Shown piece after piece: positions 10,019 through 19,952 of a stretch of 64,000 bases of DNA; the first letter of the stretch is position 1, and each line of letters begins with the position of its first letter. The notes beneath the pieces were generated by a model, which was not told where the DNA came from, searched no databases, and was given only the letters and a program-made list of their open reading frames with translations. This stretch comes from Pseudomonadota bacterium. Its GTDB lineage: Bacteria > Bdellovibrionota_B > Oligoflexia > Silvanigrellales > Silvanigrellaceae. Location: assembly GCA_039799905.1 (NCBI GenBank), contig JBDLRP010000036.1, positions 64,001 to 128,000 on the forward strand, read 5' to 3'. The translations under genes and the position numbers were made by a program.

Positions 10019-11406
10019 TTGAGCTGACCTTTTTTGATTTCTGTGATGTTTTCCGAAACACTGTTAAGAAACTTTTGAATGTTTCTTCGCGTGTAAGCAT
10101 CCGTGTCTGGATACTTGTTAAGAATATTTTCGAGTATCTGCTTGCACTGAGAGAGGCTGTCAAGCTTGACTTGTGCATCTCCCGTCATCGATACGCGCTT
10201 GTATAATTCGGAAGCCTTGCGGCGCATGTCTTTGACGTGGGCTTCCGATGCTTCACGGCGGAGTCCGCGCGTGCGCTCGTTTTTGTTTGCCTCTGCGAGG
10301 CTGTCGAGAATTTCTACTGCATCACCTGGTTTGCCGTCGTTCAAGGCGAGCTTGGCAAGCTGAAGGGCCTTGTCGGTGGAGAGATCTGAGCGGTCGGTTG
10401 AACTCAGTATTGCCGCTGGGGTGAGGTTTGCGCATTGATTCGCTTGCGCAGCGTTTTGCGCATCAGTCAGTGCCGATTTTGCGGCTGAGTTTGCACCTGT
10501 TATTGAGTCGATGCGAACCTGGTGAGCGCGGCTTGGAAAGAGTCTGCGGATTTTTCCAGACACATCTTCGAGCGCCGCTGCGTCTCCCTTCATTCTTGTT
10601 TCTTCGAGAGTGGCGAGCTGACTTGCAAAGGAAAGCTCAAAAGCAGCGAAGAGTTTGAGGCGCGCCATGAGAAGCTTGTCGTAAGCCGTTCCCTGAGCGA
10701 CCAGGGACAGCAACTCATCAAGTTTCGTCAGAGCTGCCGATTGTGTTGCCGGATCTGCAAGGCTCGATCTGACATCTTTGAGGAGCGCAGCCTGCGGACC
10801 TGTGAGCATTGGTTCAATTCCCTGCAGGTCAAGCCTTAAAGTCTGGCCTGAAACCATCGACATGAACTGAAGTGCGGATAAGCTGACCGCTTTTGAAAAC
10901 GCATTGCGGGTAGAGGTCAGATCGCCGGCTGCAGAATAGCTCTCCGCCTTAAGTTGCTCGACGAAACCTGCACTGAACAGCGGTGATTCTTGTTTCAGCG
11001 TTCTGTCTGCCGCAGCGATAAATCGATTCAACGCTTCTTTGTCCTGCGGTGATTTTTGCTGTGCGCACCAGGAAGTCGCCAGAGTAACGCTGTGGGCATA
11101 GCTTTCGGCGGGTGCCATCAGCTGCCCTTCCAGTTTGCGAATCGTATCGCAATCGCGTTTTGCGAGTGCCGTTTCAAACTGCGTAACGTAAGGAATTTCA
11201 GGTCCAGTTTGCGCCTGTTTTGCGCTGTTGTCCTGACCCGTTGTTGTTGCGCCCGAGGGCCGTAGTTCTGGCGAGGGCGGCGGTGCGGCTTTTTTGGATT
11301 CGCAACTTTGCAGCACAAACGCGCTGCCAATGAACGCTAAAATAGCTGCTGATGATAGACTTGGAGCGCGCAGGGACATCGGACGAAAAAATGAAATGAC
11401 GGTCAT
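10015..11406 (-). CDS. Alpha-helical (TPR-like) lipoprotein, hypothetical
   Basis: Lipobox-like VLQSC, a Pro-rich linker, and an Ala/Leu-rich helical body. Stop overlaps the pgm start. Confidence 0.6.
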   Translation of the reverse strand: MTVISFFRPMSLRAPSLSSAAILAFIGSAFVLQSCESKKAAPPPSPELRPSGATTTGQDNSAKQAQTGPEIPYVTQFETALAKRDCDTIRKLEGQLMAPAESYAHSVTLATSWCAQQKSPQDKEALNRFIAAADRTLKQESPLFSAGFVEQLKAESYSAAGDLTSTRNAFSKAVSLSALQFMSMVSGQTLRLDLQGIEPMLTGPQAALLKDVRSSLADPATQSAALTKLDELLSLVAQGTAYDKLLMARLKLFAAFELSFASQLATLEETRMKGDAAALEDVSGKIRRLFPSRAHQVRIDSITGANSAAKSALTDAQNAAQANQCANLTPAAILSSTDRSDLSTDKALQLAKLALNDGKPGDAVEILDSLAEANKNERTRGLRREASEAHVKDMRRKASELYKRVSMTGDAQVKLDSLSQCKQILENILNKYPDTDAYTRRNIQKFLNSVSENITEIKKGQLK

Positions 11407-11448
11407 TGGGACGTCTCCGCAGGTTGACAGAGGAACGGCCCGCGGATG

Positions 11449-12699
11449 TTACCAGTGGCTTGAGAGGCCAAGCAAGTATCTGCGCTCTTTGTCTGCTTTG
11501 CCTTGAGTGAATATGGGAGCTTCGTAGGACGTCATCTCGACGTTGAAATGCGGAAGTGGAATAGCGAAGCCCCATGAGACGCGGGTGTCATTGAGCCCGC
11601 CGCGGATGGAAAAGGTCCTCGAACTAAGCGCATTGCCTAAAAATAACTCAACACCCGCATGGGTCAGTTGGTTGATATTGACGTCCTGAAAACCATAGTT
11701 TTTGCCGCGATAGCTGATGGGAAGCGGGTATATGTCGCCGGATACCTTCAAATTGAGGCGCGCTCCTCCAATTCGAATGCGAGGCACAATGCTGACGCCC
11801 ATGCGTACCTCGGTCGGGTCGAGTCTTGTGCCCTCGATGTCGTCCTTCACGTCGCCGCTGCGTTTTGCACCACAAATCGACTGGGACTTGCCAGTGGCCG
11901 GATTCACGAAGTTTTCAACGCATCCGGTCGGCAGGTTGAGCACAGAAAGGGCAAAACTTGGCATCCAAAAGTCGCCAGCGGTTACGATGAATCCCAGGTC
12001 GGCGGCGGTGGAGGTCGTTTTGTGTGAATTAGTTTTGATTGCGGCGAATAGCGACTTTGAGCTGACTGCGTCCGCGAGATTGTAAGTGGACTCCGAAGTC
12101 CAACGCATATTGGGACGCAGTGAAAGCCCAAATGCGGTCGCCCCCGTGCGGGACGCGAGGCTCATGTTCAACGCGGCGGTTGCGGTCGACTCGAGAAAGA
12201 CGCTCCGGCTGACTCCGTTGTCGGCGCTGGGGGGAGCAATGAGTGTTGAGCGGACTGGCATGCCAACGAAAAACGTTGGGCCCCCGCGTTCACCCAAAAC
12301 AGCCCACGGAAGCATTTGCAACTCGAAATAGTTCCGCTCGGCAGAGGAGAGTGTGGCGAGACTCTTGAGCCACTCAGAAGGCTTCAGAGCTTTGCCTTTA
12401 AACGACGAGAGTGCGGTTGAGTTTCCTCCAACCGACAGACCTGGCACATCTACAACATGAACTGCGGCTCTGCTGCGCGGATGGCGGGTTTTGTTGAGCG
12501 CAGCCGGGTTCGCAAAGAGCGCGTCTTCGTTAAAGGCATGTGCCGTTTGGCTGCCGCCGAGCGCTCTTGAGTAACTTGAACTCCAGACGTTCTTCCATTC
12601 CTGCGGATAAACGGCAGATTCGCCCTCAGCTGCATTCGCCTGTTGCGCAGCCAAGCAGAAAATGACGAAGTTTGTGAGCTGTGCTATTTGCCGCTTCAT
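11449..12699 (-). CDS. Outer-membrane beta-barrel protein, TraF/PorV/FadL-like
   Basis: Signal peptide (AQQANA), N-terminal RALGG...A...DALFANPAAL motif, alternating beta-strand pattern, C-terminal Trp. Start set at ATG 12699. Confidence 0.6.
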   Translation of the reverse strand: MKRQIAQLTNFVIFCLAAQQANAAEGESAVYPQEWKNVWSSSYSRALGGSQTAHAFNEDALFANPAALNKTRHPRSRAAVHVVDVPGLSVGGNSTALSSFKGKALKPSEWLKSLATLSSAERNYFELQMLPWAVLGERGGPTFFVGMPVRSTLIAPPSADNGVSRSVFLESTATAALNMSLASRTGATAFGLSLRPNMRWTSESTYNLADAVSSKSLFAAIKTNSHKTTSTAADLGFIVTAGDFWMPSFALSVLNLPTGCVENFVNPATGKSQSICGAKRSGDVKDDIEGTRLDPTEVRMGVSIVPRIRIGGARLNLKVSGDIYPLPISYRGKNYGFQDVNINQLTHAGVELFLGNALSSRTFSIRGGLNDTRVSWGFAIPLPHFNVEMTSYEAPIFTQGKADKERRYLLGLSSHW

Positions 12700-12871
12700 C
12701 GCAGCCCCCCGTTCTTTGATCGGAGAACTGCCCGTAAACATGAGGGAACAGTCATGTTTGCAGACACATGTGCAGTAATTGCCGTTTTTGCCTAGTTTTG
12801 TTGGAGTTTAAATGCCTAATTTTCCTGATTATTTTTGGAAATTTCTGGAGCGAGGGCAGGTCCGCAGGAGC

Positions 12872-13912
12872 ATGGCATTCGACATCTCACTCGAGAGCTT
12901 TCATCAGTGGGTTTCGGCGCAGCCGAAAATAGAAACACATGTCCACATGGAGGCAGCTGTTGCATCTTCTTTTTATTTGCAGCGTCCCGCACCCGACTCG
13001 TGGTCGGACTCCCTTCCATGGCAACGTTTGCCTTTTGAAAGTTTGCGGGGCTTCATTCGTGCCTGGGTTGATTTATCCAAGTCCATGCGCAGCTTGAATG
13101 ATTTTGAATGTCTTGCCGAGGCGTTCGTTGCAGAGCGAGTTGTCGCCAACATCCGATATTCAGAAGTGTACGTGTCTCCTGCCGATTTTTCTTTCATACG
13201 AAAACGCTTCTCCATTGCGCCGGAAATTTTTGAATTTGAGGATGTGGTTCGCGCTTATATCCGCGGACTGAAACGCGGACTCGCACAGCATGAAGGATTT
13301 GAAGTTCGGCTCATTGTTGATTCTTTGTGGATTTCTGATGCTGGGGAAAGGACGACAATTCTTCAGAGCCTAAAAAATATTCTTCAAGACTCGCACTGCT
13401 CCGATTCCGACGGACATTCATATGTGATCGGCGTGGGGCTCGGGGGGATGGAAAATCACGAAAACTTGCAAGAGAAAACAGAATTTTTTGCGGTTGTGCG
13501 CGACATGGGTTTGAAGATTGACATTCACAGCGGCGAGGGCGGAGATTCGGAAATTCATTTGGGAACGTTGAATGCTCTGCAGCCTGATCGTGTTGCTCAT
13601 GGTTTTGCCGGAGCCGTGGATGGCTATTTTTTCGAGAAAAATCTGGTAATGTGTCCACTCAGCAATCTTTTGTTGAAGACGTTCGCAGGTGAACCTCACG
13701 AACATCCGGTGTTTGACTGTCTGAAGCGCGGCTTGCCAGTTTGTATCGGATCGGATGATCCGCTGCTGCTCTCCAGTTCGCTCGCTCTGGATTACACATT
13801 CCTTCATGCATTCGCTGGCAACGGTCATGGAATTTTTGAATTTACGCAAAAAAACACGCGCGAACGCGTGCTCTCGGCCACTGCGCTGGCGCGCGTGGTG
13901 AAATTCCTCTGA
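12872..13912 (+). CDS. Adenosine/AMP deaminase family metallohydrolase
   Basis: ETHVHME, HSGE, RVAHG, CPLSN, GSDDP. AGGAG RBS before ATG 12872. Confidence 0.85.
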   Translation: MAFDISLESFHQWVSAQPKIETHVHMEAAVASSFYLQRPAPDSWSDSLPWQRLPFESLRGFIRAWVDLSKSMRSLNDFECLAEAFVAERVVANIRYSEVYVSPADFSFIRKRFSIAPEIFEFEDVVRAYIRGLKRGLAQHEGFEVRLIVDSLWISDAGERTTILQSLKNILQDSHCSDSDGHSYVIGVGLGGMENHENLQEKTEFFAVVRDMGLKIDIHSGEGGDSEIHLGTLNALQPDRVAHGFAGAVDGYFFEKNLVMCPLSNLLLKTFAGEPHEHPVFDCLKRGLPVCIGSDDPLLLSSSLALDYTFLHAFAGNGHGIFEFTQKNTRERVLSATALARVVKFL

Positions 13913-13918
13913 ACATGA

Positions 13919-15151
13919 TCACGAGGCCAGCGAGAGCATTGTCTCCAAAGGCGACGGCTTGGCACCCACCTTCGCGGGTTTGACGTTTTCCTTGATCTTG
14001 CGGAGTTTTGTCAGCGGCAGCACACGACCTGGTTTTTTGGTGCCTTCCGTCAGCATTCCCTGAAGGTTCAGCATGATGTCTTCCATGATGGGAGTTTTGA
14101 TCGGTCTGTTGCCGCGAAGAATGTTCTCGACGGTTGCAAGTTCTTCCTCGAGCAGTTCACGCGAGACCTCGCCAAAGAGACGCAGGTGCTTCTGCAATAC
14201 CACACAAAGGTTTTCTGCAAGTTGCTTTTGTGAAACTTCGGCCGCCGAGCGGATCAGCAAAGCCAGATGTTGAGCAGTCATGGACAAACTTTGATGTTCT
14301 TTTGAGACCCATTCAGAATAGGAAGCCATGAAGCTCGGAAATTCATCGGGATGTTTGAGCATGTAGTGACGCAACACGCTGTGGCTCATTTCTGCCAGCG
14401 CGGGAGCTGCGGAAAAAAACGAACTGAGGTGCTCTGCAAGAAAGAAGAATGCTGCGTTTCCACGTTTTTTCTGTTCGAAGAAAGCCTGCAAAAGATCGTC
14501 CAGCAGACTCTGTCCGAATCGGCTGATCACGCGGTTCAGCTGCGATGTTGTGCTCGCGTTGAGCGGACACTTGGATAGGTAGTGCAGCAGAGAAACTCTT
14601 ATAGCGTTGTTGTTTACGTTGCTGCGCGCAAGCAGGCTTGTCGTCACGTACTCTACAACCCTCGATGCGCCTTGAGGGTCGAGACCGCCCTGACCGGCGC
14701 GTTCTGCCACCATCAATCCGAACTCGGTCACCAGCACAAGTACGGCTTGTCCAATTGAATGTTTGCTGTGGCTGTCAGACAGTTCCATATCTGATAGATG
14801 CAACATTGCCATGGAAATTTCGCGATAAAAATCGGAGTCCTGAGACTGTTCGAGCAAAGCCCTCAGAAAGGAGAGGCTAGTATCCCAATCCCTCTCGTGG
14901 GCAAGGCCGGCTGCGACCAACCAGATCGTTCCCTCGAGATGTTTTTCGTTGTCGAAGTGAGTCTTGATCCGCGAGGCTGCGTGTCTCACTATCCTCTCGC
15001 GAGCTTCAGAACTCGAGCATTTGAATCCGCGAAGAAAATTCAATTTGTGCGCTTCACTCGAGTGCGGCTGGAGTGCGGCATCGTCGTTGAGCTCCTTCAT
15101 GGCCGTCTCTATGGCCTGTTCTGGCGACAATTCCTTTAGGTGATGTGACAT
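13919..15151 (-). CDS. Hypothetical alpha-helical protein
   Basis: 410-aa ORF with an RBS-like GAGGGG upstream; no motif recognised. Confidence 0.65.
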   Translation of the reverse strand: MSHHLKELSPEQAIETAMKELNDDAALQPHSSEAHKLNFLRGFKCSSSEARERIVRHAASRIKTHFDNEKHLEGTIWLVAAGLAHERDWDTSLSFLRALLEQSQDSDFYREISMAMLHLSDMELSDSHSKHSIGQAVLVLVTEFGLMVAERAGQGGLDPQGASRVVEYVTTSLLARSNVNNNAIRVSLLHYLSKCPLNASTTSQLNRVISRFGQSLLDDLLQAFFEQKKRGNAAFFFLAEHLSSFFSAAPALAEMSHSVLRHYMLKHPDEFPSFMASYSEWVSKEHQSLSMTAQHLALLIRSAAEVSQKQLAENLCVVLQKHLRLFGEVSRELLEEELATVENILRGNRPIKTPIMEDIMLNLQGMLTEGTKKPGRVLPLTKLRKIKENVKPAKVGAKPSPLETMLSLAS

Positions 15152-15178
15152 GACGTGCCCCCTCTCACAACTTTCCGT

Positions 15179-15736
15179 TTAGTGAGCCTGATGACGTTTG
15201 ACGTAGTCGACGATGCGAGAGCGTGAGTTCTCATCGAGTCCTCTGAGCTCAAGTCCATAGCCGACGTGCAAACCCTTTTCTCTGACCTGACGCACGACAA
15301 TCGCCCTCAGGTGCATTGGCTTTCCGAGCCCCTTGCCTTCTTTGAGTGTCAGTTTCACTTCGTCGTTCAATTTGAAAACGGCATCTTCCGTCTCGAAGTA
15401 AATTCCTGAAATTGAAATATTTTTGATGTGTCCAGTCGCAACGCTGGTGTCGTTGTGTGCAACGACAAGTTCATGAATGGTTGCACGCGGAGCCCTGCGG
15501 CCTTGTCCCGCCTGTTCGCCGACCGGAACTGAGATGAGGTGCGACTTCGCCGGGGCCTTTAGTTCGCTGACTTCTCCGAGCGGTCGCCAATCTGGAAATC
15601 CTTCTCTGTAAACGTAGTCAGCTTCTTTGAGATTTCCTTCGGCAATTGCGGCACGCAGCTCGACTTCAGTCATCGGGCCGACTTGCTCTTCCCGTGCGTA
15701 ATAGAACCAGATTCTTTCGTTCAGCGCGGCTCCCAT
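15179..15736 (-). CDS. GYF_2 (DUF4339) plus PilZ domain protein
   Basis: N-terminal WFYY...QVGP...L...G.L...YVYREG..DWRPL..V.EL (GYF_2). C-terminal RRAPR and NISISG (PilZ c-di-GMP motifs). Confidence 0.8.
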   Translation of the reverse strand: MGAALNERIWFYYAREEQVGPMTEVELRAAIAEGNLKEADYVYREGFPDWRPLGEVSELKAPAKSHLISVPVGEQAGQGRRAPRATIHELVVAHNDTSVATGHIKNISISGIYFETEDAVFKLNDEVKLTLKEGKGLGKPMHLRAIVVRQVREKGLHVGYGLELRGLDENSRSRIVDYVKRHQAH

Positions 15737-15781
15737 TGCCTTCAACCCTCCGAAATTCTCAATCCCTGAAGAACAAAACGT

Positions 15782-15809
15782 TCATCGGAAGGACTCGATA
15801 TGAACTTGA
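15782..15809 (-). promoter_or_regulatory. Candidate sigma-28 (FliA) promoter
   Basis: Minus strand TCAAG-N15-TCCGATGA, about 45 nt upstream of the GYF_2-PilZ gene. Confidence 0.5.
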
Positions 15810-15947
15810 CAATAAATTTGAATTCTTTAACAAAACAGCAAAAGTAATAGTTATTATAGAAATTTATACTGCCTTTTGTTTCTTGCGGGTGTTGCTGGTT
15901 TTGGGTGACGGAATCGGCGAAAATACAGCTTGTGGAGGTGGGATGAG

Positions 15948-16475
15948 ATGTGTCCAAAATTCAGCGGTCTTTTGGGAAAGATTCTGATTATACTGGCGTT
16001 ACCTATGTATTGTGGGCAGTCGATGGCAAGACCTGCCGTAAAGCAAATTCCTCAATATCAGGGCACAACTGCTTCCGAGATTCCGGATTCCAACTCTGAA
16101 TATATGAACATGATTTCGCGCCTTGAGCGGATGGATGCAGACGGACAGAGGGCCACGCTGGTCTCGGATGGTTTCTTTAGCGGACTGAGTTGGATAGGTC
16201 GGACTGCGTGTCTCAATTATGTGTGTGGAGTTTTAAGCACTGATCTCTGCAGACGAGCCTTGGAACTTGGTCTCAAGGATGAGGCATTGGTTGTCCGTGA
16301 CCACGCCTTACGGATTACCATTTCAGCCAAGCAACTTACAGAAGTTGAAAAGAGGATTGCAGCCGAGCGAATGGTGGAGGACTCGCGCAACTATAGAAAA
16401 GGCCGACCTTTCTGGATTGTCGATAGAGCGCGCGGTTTTCTTGTTGCCGAGTCGGGCAATTCAACGGCGAGATGA
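15948..16475 (+). CDS. Hypothetical exported protein, possibly with a HEAT-like helix pair
   Basis: Hydrophobic N-terminus; LKDEALVVRDHA resembles a HEAT repeat; GGAGG upstream. Confidence 0.5.
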   Translation: MCPKFSGLLGKILIILALPMYCGQSMARPAVKQIPQYQGTTASEIPDSNSEYMNMISRLERMDADGQRATLVSDGFFSGLSWIGRTACLNYVCGVLSTDLCRRALELGLKDEALVVRDHALRITISAKQLTEVEKRIAAERMVEDSRNYRKGRPFWIVDRARGFLVAESGNSTAR

Positions 16476-17654
16476 GCCGAGAGCAGTCTTCAACTTCTGC
16501 AATACATCTCTGAGCCACCTCGGATCCTTGACTCCCTCGAAACTGAGCTCAACCCGCCGATTGCGCGCCCATGCAACGTCACTTTGCGCGGGGTCGATGG
16601 GTCGTGCAGGGCCGAACCCGACGGCACGCATACGCGCTGCAGGCACATCTGCTCGAATGAGAGCCTCTCTCACAGCCGTTGCGCGTGCGAGCGACAATCG
16701 GTTGTTGTACTCGAGTGAACCGCGGATGTCAGTGTGACCTTCGATGGTCACGCTCGACCATCGGTCCTGATTTTGAGCAAGCACCAGACCGAGTTCACGG
16801 AGAAAGATTTCTGAACGCTTCAGCAAAATGGCTTTGTCGGTCTCGAAATTGACCATCTCGGAATCGAGCAAAAACCTCACATTCTCTTTGACAATTGTGC
16901 GCTCGATTGTCTTTTCGACCTGAACCTTTTTGACAGTTTCATCGTTGGTCAGATTGCGGATTTCTTTGATTACAGTTTTTGGGCTGAAAATGTTTGTGCC
17001 GAATTGCAGACTCAGCATTGCGATATGCACTTGTCTTTCGAATAGATTGACGTCCGAAAGATAAGAAAGCATCACGCGCGGCTTGAAATCGGTGCCGAAC
17101 TCAAGCCCGAGCTGCGCACCCAGAAAAATAGCGGCCCGGTATGCCTTTTTTGTATCTGGCCCGAAGGAAGAGTTCGTACCCACGAACGCACTGGCAACCG
17201 GTCCGAATGACCAAATGCCATCGCCGTCGACGCTGTGATTCAAGCGAAAGCGCGCGGCGAAGTCGGTAGTGGCAGTTTTGGTTTGAATGCTCACATTCTC
17301 GAGCTGGACTTTGCTTCCTGGCGTGTCTCCCTCGATGATGTCCGCGCTGCCCTTTAGGAGCGACGATGAGTAACCGGCGCCTGCCTCAATTTCTAGGTTC
17401 GGGTTGTAAAAGGTCAGGACCGCCTTTCCGCCCACCAGTGTTCCCTGCTTGGCACTTTCATCGTCGTCGTTGGGAGACGTTTTCATGAATGCACCGTCGC
17501 CACTGATAAACAAATTGAGCCCGAATCCGCTGGGTCGTGCAGAATCCTCTGATGTCCGCACTGTGCGGCTGTGAGAGGGAGCTGCTGTCGCAAGTTGAAA
17601 AGTGCCCATGCAGCAGAGGAATGTCATATATTGTAGAGCAGGGCGCAGCATCAT
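16461..17654 (-). CDS. OmpA family protein (N-terminal beta-barrel plus OmpA_C peptidoglycan-binding domain)
   Basis: VNFETDKA, IEGHTDIRG, YNNRLSLARA, GFG, NRRVE. ATGA overlap with the upstream paralog. Confidence 0.9.
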   Translation of the reverse strand: MMLRPALQYMTFLCCMGTFQLATAAPSHSRTVRTSEDSARPSGFGLNLFISGDGAFMKTSPNDDDESAKQGTLVGGKAVLTFYNPNLEIEAGAGYSSSLLKGSADIIEGDTPGSKVQLENVSIQTKTATTDFAARFRLNHSVDGDGIWSFGPVASAFVGTNSSFGPDTKKAYRAAIFLGAQLGLEFGTDFKPRVMLSYLSDVNLFERQVHIAMLSLQFGTNIFSPKTVIKEIRNLTNDETVKKVQVEKTIERTIVKENVRFLLDSEMVNFETDKAILLKRSEIFLRELGLVLAQNQDRWSSVTIEGHTDIRGSLEYNNRLSLARATAVREALIRADVPAARMRAVGFGPARPIDPAQSDVAWARNRRVELSFEGVKDPRWLRDVLQKLKTALGSSRR

Positions 17655-18841
17655 TTGCACTTCTCTCCCTTGCATGTTTCAGGAGTCGAGTAGCGCTTGA
17701 ACAAACTGTTGAGTTCATCGGTGACGGTGTCCGGTTGACTGAGCCCTGTGAATGAAAAATCCACGAGCGTTACAGAAAAGGGACCAGATGCATATTCGCC
17801 GATATTGGGGCGTCCACCCAAGCCGGCAGCCAGAATGCGCTGGCCGTTGAGGCCAGTGCTGACCAACGCATTGCGGATGGCCTGTGCACGGCGTTCACTC
17901 AGCCGAAGATCTCGTTGTGGATCTGGGGAAGCTTTAATCTGTGCTTCAATTGTAAGGGTTTTGAAATAGGGCTGAAGAGGTTTCAATGCACTACTCAGCT
18001 CGAGTATGAATGACTGCATTTCGGGAGAAAGAAGCGCATCGTTTCGATTGAAGCGGAATGAGTCACGAGGCAGTGAATACTTGCTCACGTCGCGCACAAC
18101 GGTGCGGGAAATGACACGTGGCACTTCAACCTTTTGAATACGTTCCGAGCGTATGACCACATCGGTCTTTCTCAGAAGAGTATCGTAACCCTGGAGCGGA
18201 AGTCCGAACTGAAGCGTCAGTCCGTAAGTCTGCACGTAGCGTTGGTTGTCAGGAATTTCGAATAAATATTGCGCTCCGAGACGAAAAATTCCGGATTCAC
18301 TGAGAAGGTCGACAGCGAGCATTCCACCGCCGAGAAGCATATTCCTCACCAGTCCTTTTCGCTGGCTGAGCGTTAGGTCTGTTCCAAAATAATCCTGCAC
18401 GATCAGGCCGAGGTTGAACTTCGGTGTCAGCCGGTATCGCATCCCACCTTCGACAAAAGCAGACTGTGTATAAATGCGGTGACCAATCTCGGGAGCGGCC
18501 GGATTGTTGTCGCGGGTTTTGCCGTACAGTGCAGAGAATCCCCATCCTATGCCACCTTCAAGAATCCAGCTGTCCAGCAGAAATGATGCAAGAGCTTTGC
18601 CTGTCAGGTAGTTGCCCGTAAACGGACCTTCGTTGCTGATGGTTGTCGTGTGATTCAATAAACCTACGTCGGTTCCAAGCTGCAGAACAGTTGGCAGCGT
18701 CGTTTCTGAGCGAATTATTTTTTCAGTTGTCTTTGATGAAATCTGAGGATCACTGGCCAATGTTCCGGCCCGCGCCTGCGGTGCAGAAAAAAGCAAGCCT
18801 AGAGCAGCTGTGGCTGCAAGCTGAATCCGACCGATAGGCAT
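17651..18841 (-). CDS. OmpA-family paralog with a degenerate OmpA_C domain
   Basis: Signal peptide, barrel-like region, FRFNRNDA, LSERRAQAIRNAL, AGLG. The GHTD and NRRVE motifs are not retained. Confidence 0.7.
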   Translation of the reverse strand: MPIGRIQLAATAALGLLFSAPQARAGTLASDPQISSKTTEKIIRSETTLPTVLQLGTDVGLLNHTTTISNEGPFTGNYLTGKALASFLLDSWILEGGIGWGFSALYGKTRDNNPAAPEIGHRIYTQSAFVEGGMRYRLTPKFNLGLIVQDYFGTDLTLSQRKGLVRNMLLGGGMLAVDLLSESGIFRLGAQYLFEIPDNQRYVQTYGLTLQFGLPLQGYDTLLRKTDVVIRSERIQKVEVPRVISRTVVRDVSKYSLPRDSFRFNRNDALLSPEMQSFILELSSALKPLQPYFKTLTIEAQIKASPDPQRDLRLSERRAQAIRNALVSTGLNGQRILAAGLGGRPNIGEYASGPFSVTLVDFSFTGLSQPDTVTDELNSLFKRYSTPETCKGEKCK

Positions 18842-18861
18842 GGGACTGTCTCTCCTGAATG

Positions 18862-19470
18862 TTATCCCATATAGGAGAGTAGCTGAACCTCGCTTTGAGA
18901 CAAGCCAAGTTTCCGGCAGATCACGGACAGTTCCTTGCCATCGTGAATCAATCGGCGAGCTTCTGCGTATTTTTCAGCCTGAAGTTCCTTGAGAACTTCG
19001 TCGGACGGAACATTTTCGTCGAGGAAGCGGAGTATCTTGCGGGCATTTGCCGTTGACTCGAGTAATTGTCCATTGGTCTGCTCAGCAACCTGAACTGTCT
19101 TTTCGAGTTGCATTTTTTGGCGGTTAATTTGTCCGACCGACACGTCGGCAAGTGCCCTGAGTTTTTCTTCGAGGTCATTGACGACCAGCTCAGACTTGCG
19201 ACTCATTTCCGTCCATTCATCGTGGGCGTCTGCACCGATCCTGCGCAATTTGTTGAGTGTCTCTTCCGAGAGTCGTTTGGCTTCCTTCAACTCGCGCGCG
19301 ACAGACTGTTGCAATTCGACCAGCTCATGACGCTCGGCGTCCAGTCGGGCGAATTCCTTTTCACGGGCGCGTTTGCCATTGGCAAGCCAGCGGAAGCAGG
19401 TCATGAAGAACACCACCTCCAGCAGTAAAAACAACGCGCCAAAGCTTGCAATGATAACGATATTGTTCAC
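18862..19470 (-). CDS. Membrane-anchored coiled-coil protein with a C-terminal HTH-like tail (DUF2802-like)
   Basis: N-terminal TM helix, long heptad region, C-terminal YAEARRL..G.....I...LGLSQSEVQLL. Confidence 0.6.
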   Translation of the reverse strand: MNNIVIIASFGALFLLLEVVFFMTCFRWLANGKRAREKEFARLDAERHELVELQQSVARELKEAKRLSEETLNKLRRIGADAHDEWTEMSRKSELVVNDLEEKLRALADVSVGQINRQKMQLEKTVQVAEQTNGQLLESTANARKILRFLDENVPSDEVLKELQAEKYAEARRLIHDGKELSVICRKLGLSQSEVQLLSYMG

Positions 19471-19949
19471 GGTGCACTTGCTCCGACGCCAAGATAATCA
19501 GCCAAAACGCGTCCATCGACTGGGTCAATATTGACCGTCTGAACGGTAATCATGAAGCGGTTGGGGCGCTTGCCGACATCCTCGCAGGTCACAACACGGC
19601 AGAGCATCTGAAAATGCGACGGCGCGTCCGTGTGACGATAATCAACGTGACGTGCTTTGCGCGCCCAAAAATCGGGAAGCTCGATATAGAGCCGCATGAG
19701 GCAGCCGGTTTCGTACGATAAAGACGAATAAAACATCGCTCCATCAGGAGCTACGCTGATTGTCTCGCCTTGAAGCATCTTGTTGTAAGTGTTGGTGATG
19801 TTGAATTTGCAATAGCGTAGCGGGATTTTCTTAGAGACAAGTCTGAGTCGCAGGGAGGAAAGCAACTCGAGGGTCGAGACCTTCTGCCCGGAGGAAGTTT
19901 CGTCCGTATCACCATGGAGCTCTTCAAAGGTCGTGAGCGTGTCGGCCAT
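19467..19949 (-). CDS. PilZ-like domain protein (degenerate)
   Basis: GETISVAPDGAMF, CRVVTC and the terminal 'VLADYL' helix fit PilZ topology; canonical motifs are altered. Confidence 0.5.
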   Translation of the reverse strand: MADTLTTFEELHGDTDETSSGQKVSTLELLSSLRLRLVSKKIPLRYCKFNITNTYNKMLQGETISVAPDGAMFYSSLSYETGCLMRLYIELPDFWARKARHVDYRHTDAPSHFQMLCRVVTCEDVGKRPNRFMITVQTVNIDPVDGRVLADYLGVGASAP

Positions 19950-19952
19950 AAA

